A DNA stretch of 64,000 nt from Candidatus Latescibacterota bacterium (GCA_965237675.1 OZ250150.1:3904001-3968000); one strand, 5' to 3'. Positions 48,631 to 59,202 are shown, numbered from the stretch's first letter. Numbers and translations are program-made. The notes: a model not told the origin generated them from the letters alone.

Positions 48631-49311
48631 ATGCAGGGCTCACGGGGACGATTGAGCAGGCGGGAACTCAAGCAGGACGAGTTTGCGAACAGGATACTGG
48701 CTGCCTGGGCCTATGTGGAGGAAAACTACGTCCGGGTGCTTGCCGTGGGCGGCGGCGTGGTCGTTCTTATCCTGCTGGGTGTCTTCGTCAAGCAACAGAT
48801 GGACGCCCAGGCCAGGGAGGCCGTGGAAGCGGAGGGGCGGGTCCGGGTCTTATTGCTCCAGGGGCAAATTGACGATGCCATTTTGGAAGCGGAACGCATT
48901 GCGGACGCCTATAGCGGTGAAACAGCTGCGGGGCGGGCGCTTCAACTGGCTGGTGGACTCTATTTCGAAATGGGGCGCCACGCCGAGGCACAGGCTGCAT
49001 TTGAAAAATATCTCAAGGAGTTCGAGGCGACGGGCCCCACCGGGTACAGCGCCTGGTCCGGCGTGGCCGCGGCGATGGAAGAACAGGGCGATCCTGCCGG
49101 CGCGGCTGCCAGATACAAGGCGTTCGCCGATGAGTTCGAAGACTCGCCCTTCGCCCCCAATGCGCTCAAAGAGGCGGCCCGTTGTTTTAGGGCTTCGGGA
49201 GATACCGATCAGGCCAGGACGCTGTTGCAGCGCATCCTGGACAGGTATTCCAACAGTCCCGTCGTTCGTAGCGCGGAGGAGGAACTCAAGCAGATGGGCG
49301 GTATCGGATGA
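48631..49311 (+). CDS. Membrane-anchored TPR protein (YfgM-like)
   Basis: RBS GGAGG; LSRRELKQDEF, one TM, then TPR-like helices. Confidence 0.8.
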   Translation: MQGSRGRLSRRELKQDEFANRILAAWAYVEENYVRVLAVGGGVVVLILLGVFVKQQMDAQAREAVEAEGRVRVLLLQGQIDDAILEAERIADAYSGETAAGRALQLAGGLYFEMGRHAEAQAAFEKYLKEFEATGPTGYSAWSGVAAAMEEQGDPAGAAARYKAFADEFEDSPFAPNALKEAARCFRASGDTDQARTLLQRILDRYSNSPVVRSAEEELKQMGGIG

Positions 49312-52300
49312 CCGATCCGGAACTGCGGTTAACTCGTTCTCGCGGATTTCGCCCGACCAACCTGGCCGAGGATATCCTGCTGGTGGTACCGGACGATATG
49401 CTGCGGCGTCCATCCGTCGCCCGCGTCCGGGAAGCGTTCGGGCAGGTGGGACAATTGCCTGAAACGATCCCGGAGAGGGATTTTCAGCAGGCTTTCTTCC
49501 GAGAAAAACAGGTGATTGCCTGCGGAAATCTGGCAAACAACCGGGCGATTCAACGCCTATATACCGCCCGGTGTTGTTTTGTGGATACCTTTTTCCCGGG
49601 AACGAACGGTTATTTTGTCAAATCGATTTCGGATCCGTTCGGGTTCGACCGGAATTGCATTGTCGTAGGTGCCAGCACGGAGGAGGGGCTGGAGGCGGCC
49701 CTCGCCGTCTTCAGGGACATCGTCGCCACCAGTAGCGGCAGCCTGGATCGGGTTCACGCCGCGTCCTTCGACCACGAATTACCGGGGCGGCCGGATGCGT
49801 CCGAGACCGACCGGATGGTGCGGGACGATCTGGCAATCTGGGGGACGGGGTGGTCGGCTTCGCCCTTTCGGGGCGGCCGGGTGCTTTCCTATCTCTGGCA
49901 CTATTACCTGACAGATCATCCGGTCTGGGCGCGAGCGGCGGTGGATATCCTGAAGGGATCGATAGAACCGTGGCGCGCGGAGTGCCGTGCGCACCCGGAG
50001 GCCTACCACTGTTTTTTCAACCTGCACAGCTACATCCATCTATGGGATCTGGTGGAAGACAGCCCACTGTTTATACCGGAAGACCGCCTGGGGGCGGTCA
50101 CTATGTTTGGCGAGTTGTTGAGACATCTCATGACACTCTCCTACGTCTCGGAGGAAGTGAATCCGCCGGGTGAAATTCGACAGAATCACACGACTTACAT
50201 TGGATTGAACCTGGCCGTGGGCGGCGATTATATGATCAGGCGGCACGGTATCGCGGAATTTCAGCGGGCAAACGTAATCGCAAGGCGGATATTCGAAGGT
50301 CAGATGGATTGCTATAAGCCCGATGACGATGGGGGAGTGGGATATACCTGGCATGTACCCCAGGAAACCCTCTCTTATTTCCTGTATCGCGGCGACGACC
50401 GTTATATTGCCGGTGGCCACGTGTCGGATCTGTGTAAATTGGCGGTACTGACAACCGACAATATGCGCAGCGAGTGCGGTTACGGCGATACCTCCGGATA
50501 CGCCCGCTTTTCCACAGACGGATGGGAAGCGCGCCTCTGGCCGTTAATGGTTTCGACATGGCATGATCCGAACCCCGAACACCTCTGGACGTTGAACTGG
50601 CTGGGCCAGGGAAAACGCCCTCCGCTGGACCGGGTGCTGCACGGTCTCTATTCGGCAATAGGCTACGTCGACGACGGCTTCGCCGTTGGGGGGGTCGAGC
50701 CGGAAGCACCCCGCGAACTGCTTGGGATCTGCGTGATGGATATGCCCCAGGCCGTGCTGGACTGGGTCCGTCGACACGTCCCCCGGGCGCATCATCCGGA
50801 TCCCGGAAAACGATATTTCGATAAATTGTCACTCCGGCGGAATTTCCTGCCCGGGGGCGAATACCTGTTGCTGGAAGGACTCGGCACGACCTGCCACGGA
50901 CACGAAGATACCAATGCGATTGTACGGCTGACGTGGAACAACAGGGCCTGGCTGGCCGACGGGGATTACATCCGGGCGGCGCCCAGGTTTCACAATTCCG
51001 TCGTGGTCATGCGCGAAGGCGTCGGTGTCCTTGAATCGCCTGGAGCCGGCGTGGTCATTCCACCGCTGGCGTCCCTGAATACAAGCAACGGCGGTTCGGA
51101 ACTTGCGATGGTCCGCACCGAAGCAGCGGGTTACAACGGCGTGGATTGGCAACGGGATATTTTCTGGCGCAAGGGTCGATATATGGTGATCATGGACCGG
51201 CTCCGCTGTTATGAAGCCGGCCACTATAACCTGCAATGTCTGTGGCGGATGGTAGGGGATACGGAACTGGGAGAGGACGGGGTTCGCATCCGGCAGAAAG
51301 GAGAAGGGTTCCATATTCGCAACGTGGACGGTTCCGCACAGGAGATCGTCCCGGACCCGCACGTCAAAAGCCGCTGGGGGACCTACCCGTTTGCAGACGG
51401 TAAACTTTCCGTGCTGCATCAACGAATGGGGTGTCCACTCGATGCCGGAACCTCGTTTACCTTTATGAATCTGCTCACCCCGGACCCGGACATTCGTCTG
51501 GAGCGGCTCGGTCCCGAAGCGGTTAAGGTGACGGACGGGGACGAAGTCACGTTGTTGGGCGCGGGTACCCTGGAACTGGATGATCTCGAGCTTTCGGGAA
51601 GCATGTTTGCGTGCCTGGCCCGGGACAATAGAGTGGTTGTACAGGGCATCGAACGGCTGGCTGGACGGGAGGTTGACAGCCTTGAACAGGTGCTGGATCG
51701 TCCGGATCTCGCTGCAGGGATCCGGTCCGCGCGAGAAGCGTCGGCGGTGAGCCCACCGACAGACACACCGCTCGTTTCACGCGGTCTGACGCAACGGTGG
51801 CGCCGGGAGTTCCCCGCCGACATCCGGGATATATCCGTCTCAGGGGACGGCAGATTGCTTCTGGCAAACGGCGGGAAGGTTGGGTGCCTGGTTGCGTCGA
51901 CCGGCGCGACGGTCTGGTCTCGACCGGTTGAAGGGGAAGGTGGCGCCAGCCGGGTACATGCATCGGATATCGACGGTGACGGAAATTCGGAAGCACTGGT
52001 GGGAACCTCGGACTCGCAACTGATTGTACTGGCGGGAGATTCCGGCGAAGAACGGTGGCGGCGCGGGTTGGAAAATATGTGGAATCGCGGCATGAGGGTT
52101 TCGGACATCGCCGTAGCGGATCTGGAGGGAAACGGCGACCTGAGCGTGCTTGCCGGTACCGAAGGATGGTTTGTCAATGCGTTTGGGCACGATGGCACCC
52201 CCAAATGGGCCGAATGGTTTCGATATCACGCCATAACCGCGCTGAAAGTGGAGGACACGGACGGAGATGGAAGGGCCGAGATTCTGGTCGGTACGGAATA

Positions 52301-52850
52301 TTGCACGCCGCTAACCGTCCACAATTTCGACGGGTCGTTTCGCTGGTCCACGTTCGAGCAGGTTGGATCGGATGGCAACGCGACAACGCCGAGGCGCGGC
52401 ATCTGCCTGAAACATATGGTTGTATGTGATCTTGATCGCGACGGGATCCTTGAAATTGTCTATGGCACGGAGGATGGCTGGGTCTATGCCGTCAAACCGC
52501 ACGATGGAGCGGAACTCTGGCACATCAATCTCGTGGGAGAAATCACGGGAATTGTCGTTAAGAAGGACGTCCTGATTGTCGCGTGCGAATACGGCGCGCT
52601 TTATGGATTCGATTTTCACGGCAACATGAAATGGCGAAATCACGAAGCGCAATGGATCCACGCGCTCGCTGAATCCCGTGGCGTGATCGCCGTCGCGGCG
52701 AACCGGCGGGAAATCCGGACGTATGACATCGAGGGACGTTGTCAGGGTTTGTTGGAAATGCCCGCGAACGTCTCGTCGCTCGTCGCCGGCGAGAACGGTT
52801 TCGTGTGTTGCACAGGGCGGGGGCTCACCGCGCTTGATCTTCCGTCCTGA
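49308..52850 (+). CDS. Large protein with a heparinase II/III-like region and C-terminal PQQ/FG-GAP beta-propeller repeats
   Basis: HGHEDTNAI...WL.D.DY...HNSV, W.RDIFW..G.Y.VI.D.L; repeats DIDGDGNSE, DLEGNG, DTDGDGRAE, DLDRDGILE, G.E.W. No obvious signal peptide. Confidence 0.7.
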   Translation: MTDPELRLTRSRGFRPTNLAEDILLVVPDDMLRRPSVARVREAFGQVGQLPETIPERDFQQAFFREKQVIACGNLANNRAIQRLYTARCCFVDTFFPGTNGYFVKSISDPFGFDRNCIVVGASTEEGLEAALAVFRDIVATSSGSLDRVHAASFDHELPGRPDASETDRMVRDDLAIWGTGWSASPFRGGRVLSYLWHYYLTDHPVWARAAVDILKGSIEPWRAECRAHPEAYHCFFNLHSYIHLWDLVEDSPLFIPEDRLGAVTMFGELLRHLMTLSYVSEEVNPPGEIRQNHTTYIGLNLAVGGDYMIRRHGIAEFQRANVIARRIFEGQMDCYKPDDDGGVGYTWHVPQETLSYFLYRGDDRYIAGGHVSDLCKLAVLTTDNMRSECGYGDTSGYARFSTDGWEARLWPLMVSTWHDPNPEHLWTLNWLGQGKRPPLDRVLHGLYSAIGYVDDGFAVGGVEPEAPRELLGICVMDMPQAVLDWVRRHVPRAHHPDPGKRYFDKLSLRRNFLPGGEYLLLEGLGTTCHGHEDTNAIVRLTWNNRAWLADGDYIRAAPRFHNSVVVMREGVGVLESPGAGVVIPPLASLNTSNGGSELAMVRTEAAGYNGVDWQRDIFWRKGRYMVIMDRLRCYEAGHYNLQCLWRMVGDTELGEDGVRIRQKGEGFHIRNVDGSAQEIVPDPHVKSRWGTYPFADGKLSVLHQRMGCPLDAGTSFTFMNLLTPDPDIRLERLGPEAVKVTDGDEVTLLGAGTLELDDLELSGSMFACLARDNRVVVQGIERLAGREVDSLEQVLDRPDLAAGIRSAREASAVSPPTDTPLVSRGLTQRWRREFPADIRDISVSGDGRLLLANGGKVGCLVASTGATVWSRPVEGEGGASRVHASDIDGDGNSEALVGTSDSQLIVLAGDSGEERWRRGLENMWNRGMRVSDIAVADLEGNGDLSVLAGTEGWFVNAFGHDGTPKWAEWFRYHAITALKVEDTDGDGRAEILVGTEYCTPLTVHNFDGSFRWSTFEQVGSDGNATTPRRGICLKHMVVCDLDRDGILEIVYGTEDGWVYAVKPHDGAELWHINLVGEITGIVVKKDVLIVACEYGALYGFDFHGNMKWRNHEAQWIHALAESRGVIAVAANRREIRTYDIEGRCQGLLEMPANVSSLVAGENGFVCCTGRGLTALDLPS

Positions 52851-53080
52851 AAGCGAACACCGCTCCGACGCGATTATTCCTTACCGGAAAACACCACAGG
52901 AAAACCGAGAGGACTTACTGTAAAACATATGTTGAAGGCATGAATTTAAATTTGCCTGATTAATTCAGTAGAGTCGAGATGTGGCGCGGTGGTTTAGGAG
53001 GTGCCTATCTGTTTCCGCCCCTTTCGTCTGGCGGTGCCTCAATAGCCTCTCCGTGCTCCGTCTCCACCTCCCGCTCGTCG

Positions 53081-53939
53081 GTAGGGTCGAGAACTGGCGC
53101 GCCGACGGTAGGGTCCGGTGGCCGTTCCACCGCTTTCGCGATGGGCCTCAGTCCGGCTCCCGTGGTCACGTTTCCAACTCCCGCCGCGTCAAACCCGGCG
53201 TGCCGTTTGCCGGCACCGGGCTTTCCTGCTGATTTCCTCTCAAGGGTTATGGGACCTATTGTACCGGAGTGGCTTTCGGCCCGTGGTCGTCAACCCGATA
53301 CTCAGAAAAGAGTTCGAGTCCTTTGTATAGCCACTGCCTACTCCACCGCTTCCAGCCAAATCAGCCTTCGCCTTGAGATATATTCTCCTTCTCAGGTCCT
53401 GCACCTTGATGGGCGTGTTTGTCATTCCGCCCGTGCCTCCCTTTTTGTTGGAGAATGGTCAACAGCAGGGCGCCTTCGCTCCACGGGCATTACCCCACTT
53501 CTTCGCTACTACGCGCCCCTCCGCCACCCTCTCACCTTCAGCCCCCTTCCCGGTGTCTCCGGTTATAGGGCTTACCTTGCTCTGGCGATTTCGCGCCAGG
53601 GCGAGGAGGGCTTCTCCAGTTGCTCGGTATGTCCTTGTCAACGTGCCATCGCTACCACCCCGCCGAAGTGGGGCAGCCGTCTCATTCAGCATTCGGCTGC
53701 CCATGCTGCCTTCGCCCTCTGGTTGTGGGCTCGGCCTTCGGGCCTTCGCACTTTCGGGGCCACCTCTGCGTTCACTGCGCGTTACGGCCCAATGACTCGC
53801 TATCTCCCCCAGGGAGACTCTGTCGATAGGCTTCAGGATTTTGGTTTCCCGCCACCCTGCTATCCAAGCTACGGGGCTGCTGACTCTTACCCCGGCAGGA
53901 CTGTCTCCTGCTGAACATGCCAGCCTTCGCTGGACACAC
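53081..53939 (-). mobile_element. Inner ORF-deleted group II intron (859 nt) inserted in domain V of the outer intron
   Basis: 5' GTGTG at 53939; own DV AAGCCCGGTGCCGGCAAACGGCACGCCGGGTTT; 3' CTCGACCCTAC at 53081. Removing it restores GTCCGGTT|CGACGAGCGGG. Confidence 0.9.
53290..53425 (-). pseudogene. Remnant of the inner intron's RT/maturase ORF (first and last codons only)
   Basis: MTNTPIKVQDLRRRIYLKAKAD is joined out of frame near 53360 to FGWKRWSRQWLYKGLELFSEYRV. These are typical N- and C-termini of intron-encoded proteins. Confidence 0.8.
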
Positions 53940-53970
<31 letters not shown>

Positions 53971-54394
53971 CTCGGACAAGGATTCATGCGTTCGCCCACG
54001 GAAGGTTGCGCGTCTGCACTTCCAGCCGGGCCAGTCCCAGGGTATCGTAGAGGACCTCGTAAGGGAAGCGTGAGGTTCCCTTTCCCGGTATCCTATGCTT
54101 GTTGCACAACCACCAGCGGAGCCGATGTCGGGTGTGGGCATCCCCACTCCGGTAGGCTTTGCTGACCGGTCCAAGACAGAAGTAGTTGCCCCAGCCTACC
54201 AGCTTTCGGTTCAGGTGGGCAATCCGTTCTTGAAGGTCTTTCAGCAACCACCGTCGCGCCGTTGCCTCGCTGATGGCCTGGCAGATGCGCCGGATGGCCT
54301 TCTTTGACGGGCGCGTGCCCAGGTAGGCCCTGCCCGTTTTTGGCGAGTAACAGCGTGAGATGGTGTAGCCCAGAAAGTCAAATCGTCCTTCTAA

Positions 54395-56090
54395 CCTGAT
54401 TAATTCATGAATCGTCAGATAATGCATTTTAAGGAAGCAGAAAGAGCTTGCGAGTGAGACGAGAAACGAAAGAGCACGGGCTGGACGGATTTGGCGTGTT
54501 CAAGCCGTGTGGGCGGCGCCTGCTGGCAGCACGTTTGCCCCGTGGCGTCAGGTTTCCCTGAATTCCGCTGTCAAAAGCACAGACGTCTCCATGTCCCTTG
54601 GTCGTGTCGCTCCAAACGTGAAGGCGGGGTCAGCACGTCGATGGGTTATGGAACATCCGTTGCCAGATTATAGAGGATCTTGCCGTAAAGGTGTTTGAGT
54701 GGAAACGCCGTTGGGAGATGGAACTTGATCCTGGTTTTCAACTCACAAACGCGCCCGGCGACTTTCAAGAGACGATTTTGCAGGGTATTGAACTGTGCGT
54801 TGGTCCACTTCGTGCCGCGCAACCCGGTTTGTGCCAAGGCGTGCATCAGGACATAGGCGGCGCTGTGGAGAAAGAGACGGAAGTGATTGGCCTGGAAGGT
54901 GTGACAAGAGGTGCGATCGGAATGGAGAAAGGTCTTGTGATTTTTGATGAAGTTTTCCATCCTGCCGCGTGCGCAATAGGCGGTTTTGTAGATGAATGAC
55001 GGTTGGGCGCGCTTCAGGTTGGTGACCACGAATCGGATATTGTCACCTTGCGGCGTCACCTCCGCCTTGCAGATGATGCGTTGTGGACAAGCCCCATGTT
55101 TTGGCCTGATAGGGCCAACAGCGATAAAGGCGCACGGTTTTTCCCGAAGCGGCATACAGCGTTTTGGCCTGGTCCATCAAGGACTGTGCCGAGCGCAGGA
55201 GTTTGGCGTTGCCGTTCTGTCCGAGGACAAAATACACATCTTCTTCCTCACACAACACGTGCACTTCCGGACACGAAAAATGAGCATCGCCACGTAACAG
55301 GATCGCCACGTCGGGCCAGGCGCGACGCAGGTAGGCGATCACCCGTTTGAGGATGGTGACGATCTCTTTACCCGTGGGCCGCCTGCCAGGACGCAAGACC
55401 GTCGTGATCAACTTGCCCGTCTGGCCTTCATAGATATGCAGGGGCTGGTAGCAATAGCCATTGAAATACGCATTGAACAACGACAACTGTTGAGACCCAT
55501 ACACCTTGTCTTCCGTGTCATCGATATCCAACAGAATGGCTTCGGGCGGTTCCTCATACGAGGCGACAAACACATCCGCAAAGGCCTTGGCGATCCGATA
55601 CAAATCGGTTCTGCTGATCCGGTTCTCGAACCGACTCATCGTGGGCTGACTGGCCAGATCCGCACCGGAAAGCGGCAACCGATCACAGGCCGCCTTGAAG
55701 CCGGGATCCTCGCGCAACGTCTTGCAATCGTTCGCATCCTCATAGCCACAGGCCATCTGAAAGACACGTTGTTTGATCAGGTCCGTCATCGAATGATGTA
55801 CGTAATTTGATGCCGATGATCGGTGAGCGCCGCAACCATCCGATGCAAAATGCCGATTCTGGCCTCCGCCTCACGAAGCAGCATCACCCCGACGTCGGTC
55901 GTCAGCACGCCCCCGTCGAACGTGGCTTCTACCTGCCTACCAGAAAGACTTGCGAAAGACAACCTGTGATGTGTATCTTGATCTCCCACGGTAGTTTCCT
56001 CCTGTTTCATTGTTATTAGGTTATTTGCGTAACCATAATATAATACAATGACTTGGGTATGGAAACTACCTTTTTTGTGAATTTTTCAGG
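54395..56090 (-). mobile_element. IS1380-family insertion sequence (1696 bp) with 4-bp target duplication CTAA
   Basis: Terminal IRs CCTGATTAATTCAT and CCTGAAAAATTCAC; CTAA at 54391-54394 and 56091-56094; IS1380-type DDE transposase inside. Confidence 0.93.
54646..55989 (-). pseudogene. IS1380 transposase with two frameshifts (near 55805 and near 55095)
   Basis: FDGG.LTTD.G..LL, QRVFQMACGYED.ND..TLR.DP, LASQPTMSRFEN, LDIDDT.D..YG.Q, LRPG, RGDAHF, RFVVTN, Y..RG.MENFIK, spread over three frames. Confidence 0.88.
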
Positions 56091-57595
56091 CTAAAAGCGT
56101 GCACACGCTTGTCTTCGTCTCATTGACCGTCAACTTAAGCGCTTTCATGATGGATCGCATCACGCGCATCGCTTCTTGTGCAGTGCCGCGACAACAGATC
56201 ACATAATCGTCCGCGTAGTTGACAATATGAGCCTTCAGGCGCTGCTGATGTCCCAGAAGCTGCCATCCCAAAATGAACCGGCGCATATACAGGTTCGCCA
56301 TCAACGGGGAGAGGGGGGCGCCTTGCGGTATCCCCCTTCCCTGATCCTTGTTCGGCGTTGTTCGCTGCTTCCGACCCCGCGCGTCTGTCTCCTCGACCGG
56401 GGCCGTCAGCCACATCTTGATCAGGCGCAGCATCCTCCCGTCCGAGATGCGCCGCGCTACCGATTTCATCAACTCGGCGTGCGGGATCGTGTCGAAGTAG
56501 CCGCTCAAGTCGGCGTCGATGACCTGCGTGTGGCCTGTATTTACCAGACCGTGTACCGCCCTGATGGCGTCGTGCGCACTCCGTTTCGGACGGTAGGCAT
56601 ACTGCTGCGATGGCAGGTCCGCTTCAAAGATCGGCTCCAAGACCAGCATCGCTGCACTTTGCACCACACGGTCCTTGACCGTCGGGATACCAAGCGGTCG
56701 CTGCCTGCCGTCCGCCTTGGGGATGTAGACCCGACGGATCGGAGACGCTCGATACGATTTGCTTCTGACGGCTTCCGCCAGTTCACCCAACCACCCGTCA
56801 CGTCCATATGACTCGATGTCCGCAAAGGTCTCTCCGTCCACACCCGCCGCGCCGCCATTGGCCTTGCAGCTGCGGTAGGCATAAAGCAGGATGTCCTCGC
56901 GATACACCTTGTCATATAGCGCGTAGAATCGGTAATCGGGCGATTCCTTCGCTTTGGCATGCAACGTCCTCTGCAGCTTCCGAACCTTTTCCGGAGGTCT
57001 TAGGCGCATACCAATCTCCCGGCTCTCGCTCCTTTGACGTTGCCCTTGAACCAAGGCCCCTTTCCTCCACCGGCATTACCCGGCTTCACAGGTACTACGG
57101 GCCTCTCCGCCACCCCTCTCGGCCCGGCCTGGCCCTCGCGGGTTGCCGGTTGGTGGCCATCCACCACCGTTGGGGCTTCCCGTGTTGCCTCGGATCTCCT
57201 TGTATGCAAGCCGTCGCCATTACCCCGGCGGGACCGTTGGGTGCTCCCGTTGCCTTCTTCCCCAACGACGGCGGCCTTCCCCGAAATTCAGGCGGGTCGG
57301 CTCCCGCATTACCTTTTTCGAGGCCTGCTCAGCGTTCACACACGTTTCGGCCCGCATACTCGCCAAGTCGCCTTGCGACCCTCTACACCGGAGGCTTCGG
57401 AGATGTCGTTACCTGCGTCCCCGCTCCGATTGCTACCGACTGTGGCAACATTTGTCGGGTGGGACTCTCACCCACTGGAGTTCCGCGCCTTTTCACGGCG
57501 CACTGAATTGTCACGGTTAGCTGGTTTCCTCGCGAATCAACCAACGCGACGCCAGCACAGTGGCTTGTCGAGCCTTTGAGGAGACGTGTGTGAGT

Positions 57596-57620
57596 GTGGG
57601 GCAGACATTCCGGTCTGCCC
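57596..57620 (+). repeat. REP-like palindrome
   Basis: GTG-GGGCAGAC-ATTCCG-GTCTGCCC: perfect 8-bp stem preceded by GTGG. Confidence 0.5.
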
Positions 57621-57831
57621 TCGGCATTGCCGTTCTGCCGGAACGCAGACAGAAGAAAGACCTACGTCATCCTTTGTCCAGTGGCAAAAAACGGGGTCGC
57701 GTCCTGGCGACTCCAGACACAGGATGGTGTGGTGTGGGTTTGATGTATATGAGCAGACGAAGATGGGATTGACTCGATTTGGTGGACACCCATCTTCTTG
57801 TTATTTTGATGGGAAGAAAGGAGCGATTGAG

Positions 57832-58260
57832 ATGAGGGAGGATCTTGAAGGTCGTAATGTTTGTTTAAGAATGGCAAGGACGCAGGTAGATAGATCGTTA
57901 GAATTGACGTGGTCGATCTATGGTACGAATGTAAAGGCGTTAATTTCGTTTGAAGACAAGCGTACGAATCGAATCGCTAAATGGGTTCTGAAAAGAAGCG
58001 TTAGTAAGAGTTCGAAGAATGCAGTGTTTCAGGCAGGATTGGCGACAAGAGCGGTGGAGAACATCATAGCGGAGTTTGGAAGGGATGACGTTAGTGGATT
58101 TGTTGCGGACAACATCGATGACTGGATGAGAAAGGTAAATGAGACCGAGGATGAAATGAAAGCAATGGTTGAGATGACAAGAGTGTGTTACGAGATTACG
58201 AGAAAAGCTAAGGAAGCGTTAAAAAGAATAGCGGGGGACCGGCCGATAGGCGGCGGCTAA
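57832..58260 (+). CDS. Hypothetical protein (142 aa, AT- and purine-rich, predicted helical)
   Basis: RBS AAGGAG plus ATG; open frame; no recognisable motif. Confidence 0.5.
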   Translation: MREDLEGRNVCLRMARTQVDRSLELTWSIYGTNVKALISFEDKRTNRIAKWVLKRSVSKSSKNAVFQAGLATRAVENIIAEFGRDDVSGFVADNIDDWMRKVNETEDEMKAMVEMTRVCYEITRKAKEALKRIAGDRPIGGG

Positions 58261-58533
58261 CGTGCACCTGAGTTGTATAATCATGAATGAACGGTCCTGG
58301 CCGTGTCAAGGGTTTTGGAATGCGTGTTGATTCGTCGTTGATCGTGTGCGTCTATAGTAAATATCGTCGTACGACAGTAATGCCTTCCATTTTTTAACCT
58401 TACGACGGTTTTTTCCAAGGCTGCACGAATTGCAGGCAATGTGCGTGCAAACAACAGAAAACCGGTATAAGATATATTATGTAAACTTACGCCTGTCGTT
58501 GACAGGTCTGTCTCCCTTTAATCTGCGGTCGTT

Positions 58534-59202
58534 CTATTCAAGAGACCCTTCCTGCTTACCTCTGTCCTGCAGTACGGTTATTTCGGTTCTCAATCGCCCT
58601 ATTTCCCTGTTTTTGGCCGCCAGGTCCTCTTTGAATGCGTCGCAGCTGTTTTCAAGAATCCTGTTTTTCTCTCTCAGGCGTTTCCGCTCACCTCCGAGCC
58701 TGTCCAGTTCTTTTCTGAGCCAATGCGCCGCCAAAACCGCCGCCTCCCGGGTTTTGTCTGATGCGCGGAGGTTTTCTCGCAAACCCTCGACGTCACCTTT
58801 GTATTTTCGTGCTTCGGTCCATCCGGATGCGGACGAAGCCTCGAGTTGGGTCTGGCGTTCGCTCAACGCTTTAAGTTCGATCATGCGTTCACTCAGTGTC
58901 CTCTCAACGGCCTCGAGTTTGCCCACCCGCTGTTGCAACCGGTCGTAGTCGTCCCGCTGGAGTTGCACATAGGGTTCGTTTTGAAGCCGTTCCAGATTTT
59001 CATATTCTATTATTTTTCCATATTTTTTCCGGTATATTTCTAATAAATTTCCCCGCGGAATTCTCCACGAACCATTCCACTTTTGGGCGTTCAGAAATTC
59101 ACGATCTATATAGTTTCGCACGGTTTTTGTGGTCACTTTGAGGATATTTGCCGCTTGTTCAATGGTCAAATATTGCGGCTGATCGTTCCCTGGATCGGAC
59201 AT
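58534..59202 (-). CDS. Excisionase/MerR-like HTH (HTH_17-type) protein with a long coiled coil
   Basis: RBS GGAGG; YLTIEQAANILKVTTKTVRNYI....L.A.K....WRI followed by a heptad-rich charged region. Confidence 0.8.
   Translation of the reverse strand: MSDPGNDQPQYLTIEQAANILKVTTKTVRNYIDREFLNAQKWNGSWRIPRGNLLEIYRKKYGKIIEYENLERLQNEPYVQLQRDDYDRLQQRVGKLEAVERTLSERMIELKALSERQTQLEASSASGWTEARKYKGDVEGLRENLRASDKTREAAVLAAHWLRKELDRLGGERKRLREKNRILENSCDAFKEDLAAKNREIGRLRTEITVLQDRGKQEGSLE

Larger units (their letters stand above)
53984..57009 (-). pseudogene. ltrA: Group II intron reverse transcriptase/maturase split by IS1380 (57009-56091 plus 54390-53984; 441 aa when rejoined)
   Basis: KAK..P.YRFY.LYDKV, RPLGIPTVKDRVVQ, DADLSGYFDTIPH, PQGAPLSP, YADD. 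Removing the IS and one TSD copy gives in-frame CTLL-EGRFDFLGY; domain X LNRKLVGWGNYF. Confidence 0.93.

Noticed and set aside
52979-53914. 311-aa plus-strand ORF and other ORFs over the intron RNAs (e.g. 56808-57506, 53459-53941)
   Set aside because: These are chance open frames across GC-rich structured ribozyme sequence, with no protein motifs.
53984-57054. RT as a retron, DGR, CRISPR-associated or Abi-type RT
   Set aside because: It has domain X and lies within clear group II intron ends and DV/DVI. No msr-msd, TR/VR pair or cas genes are visible.
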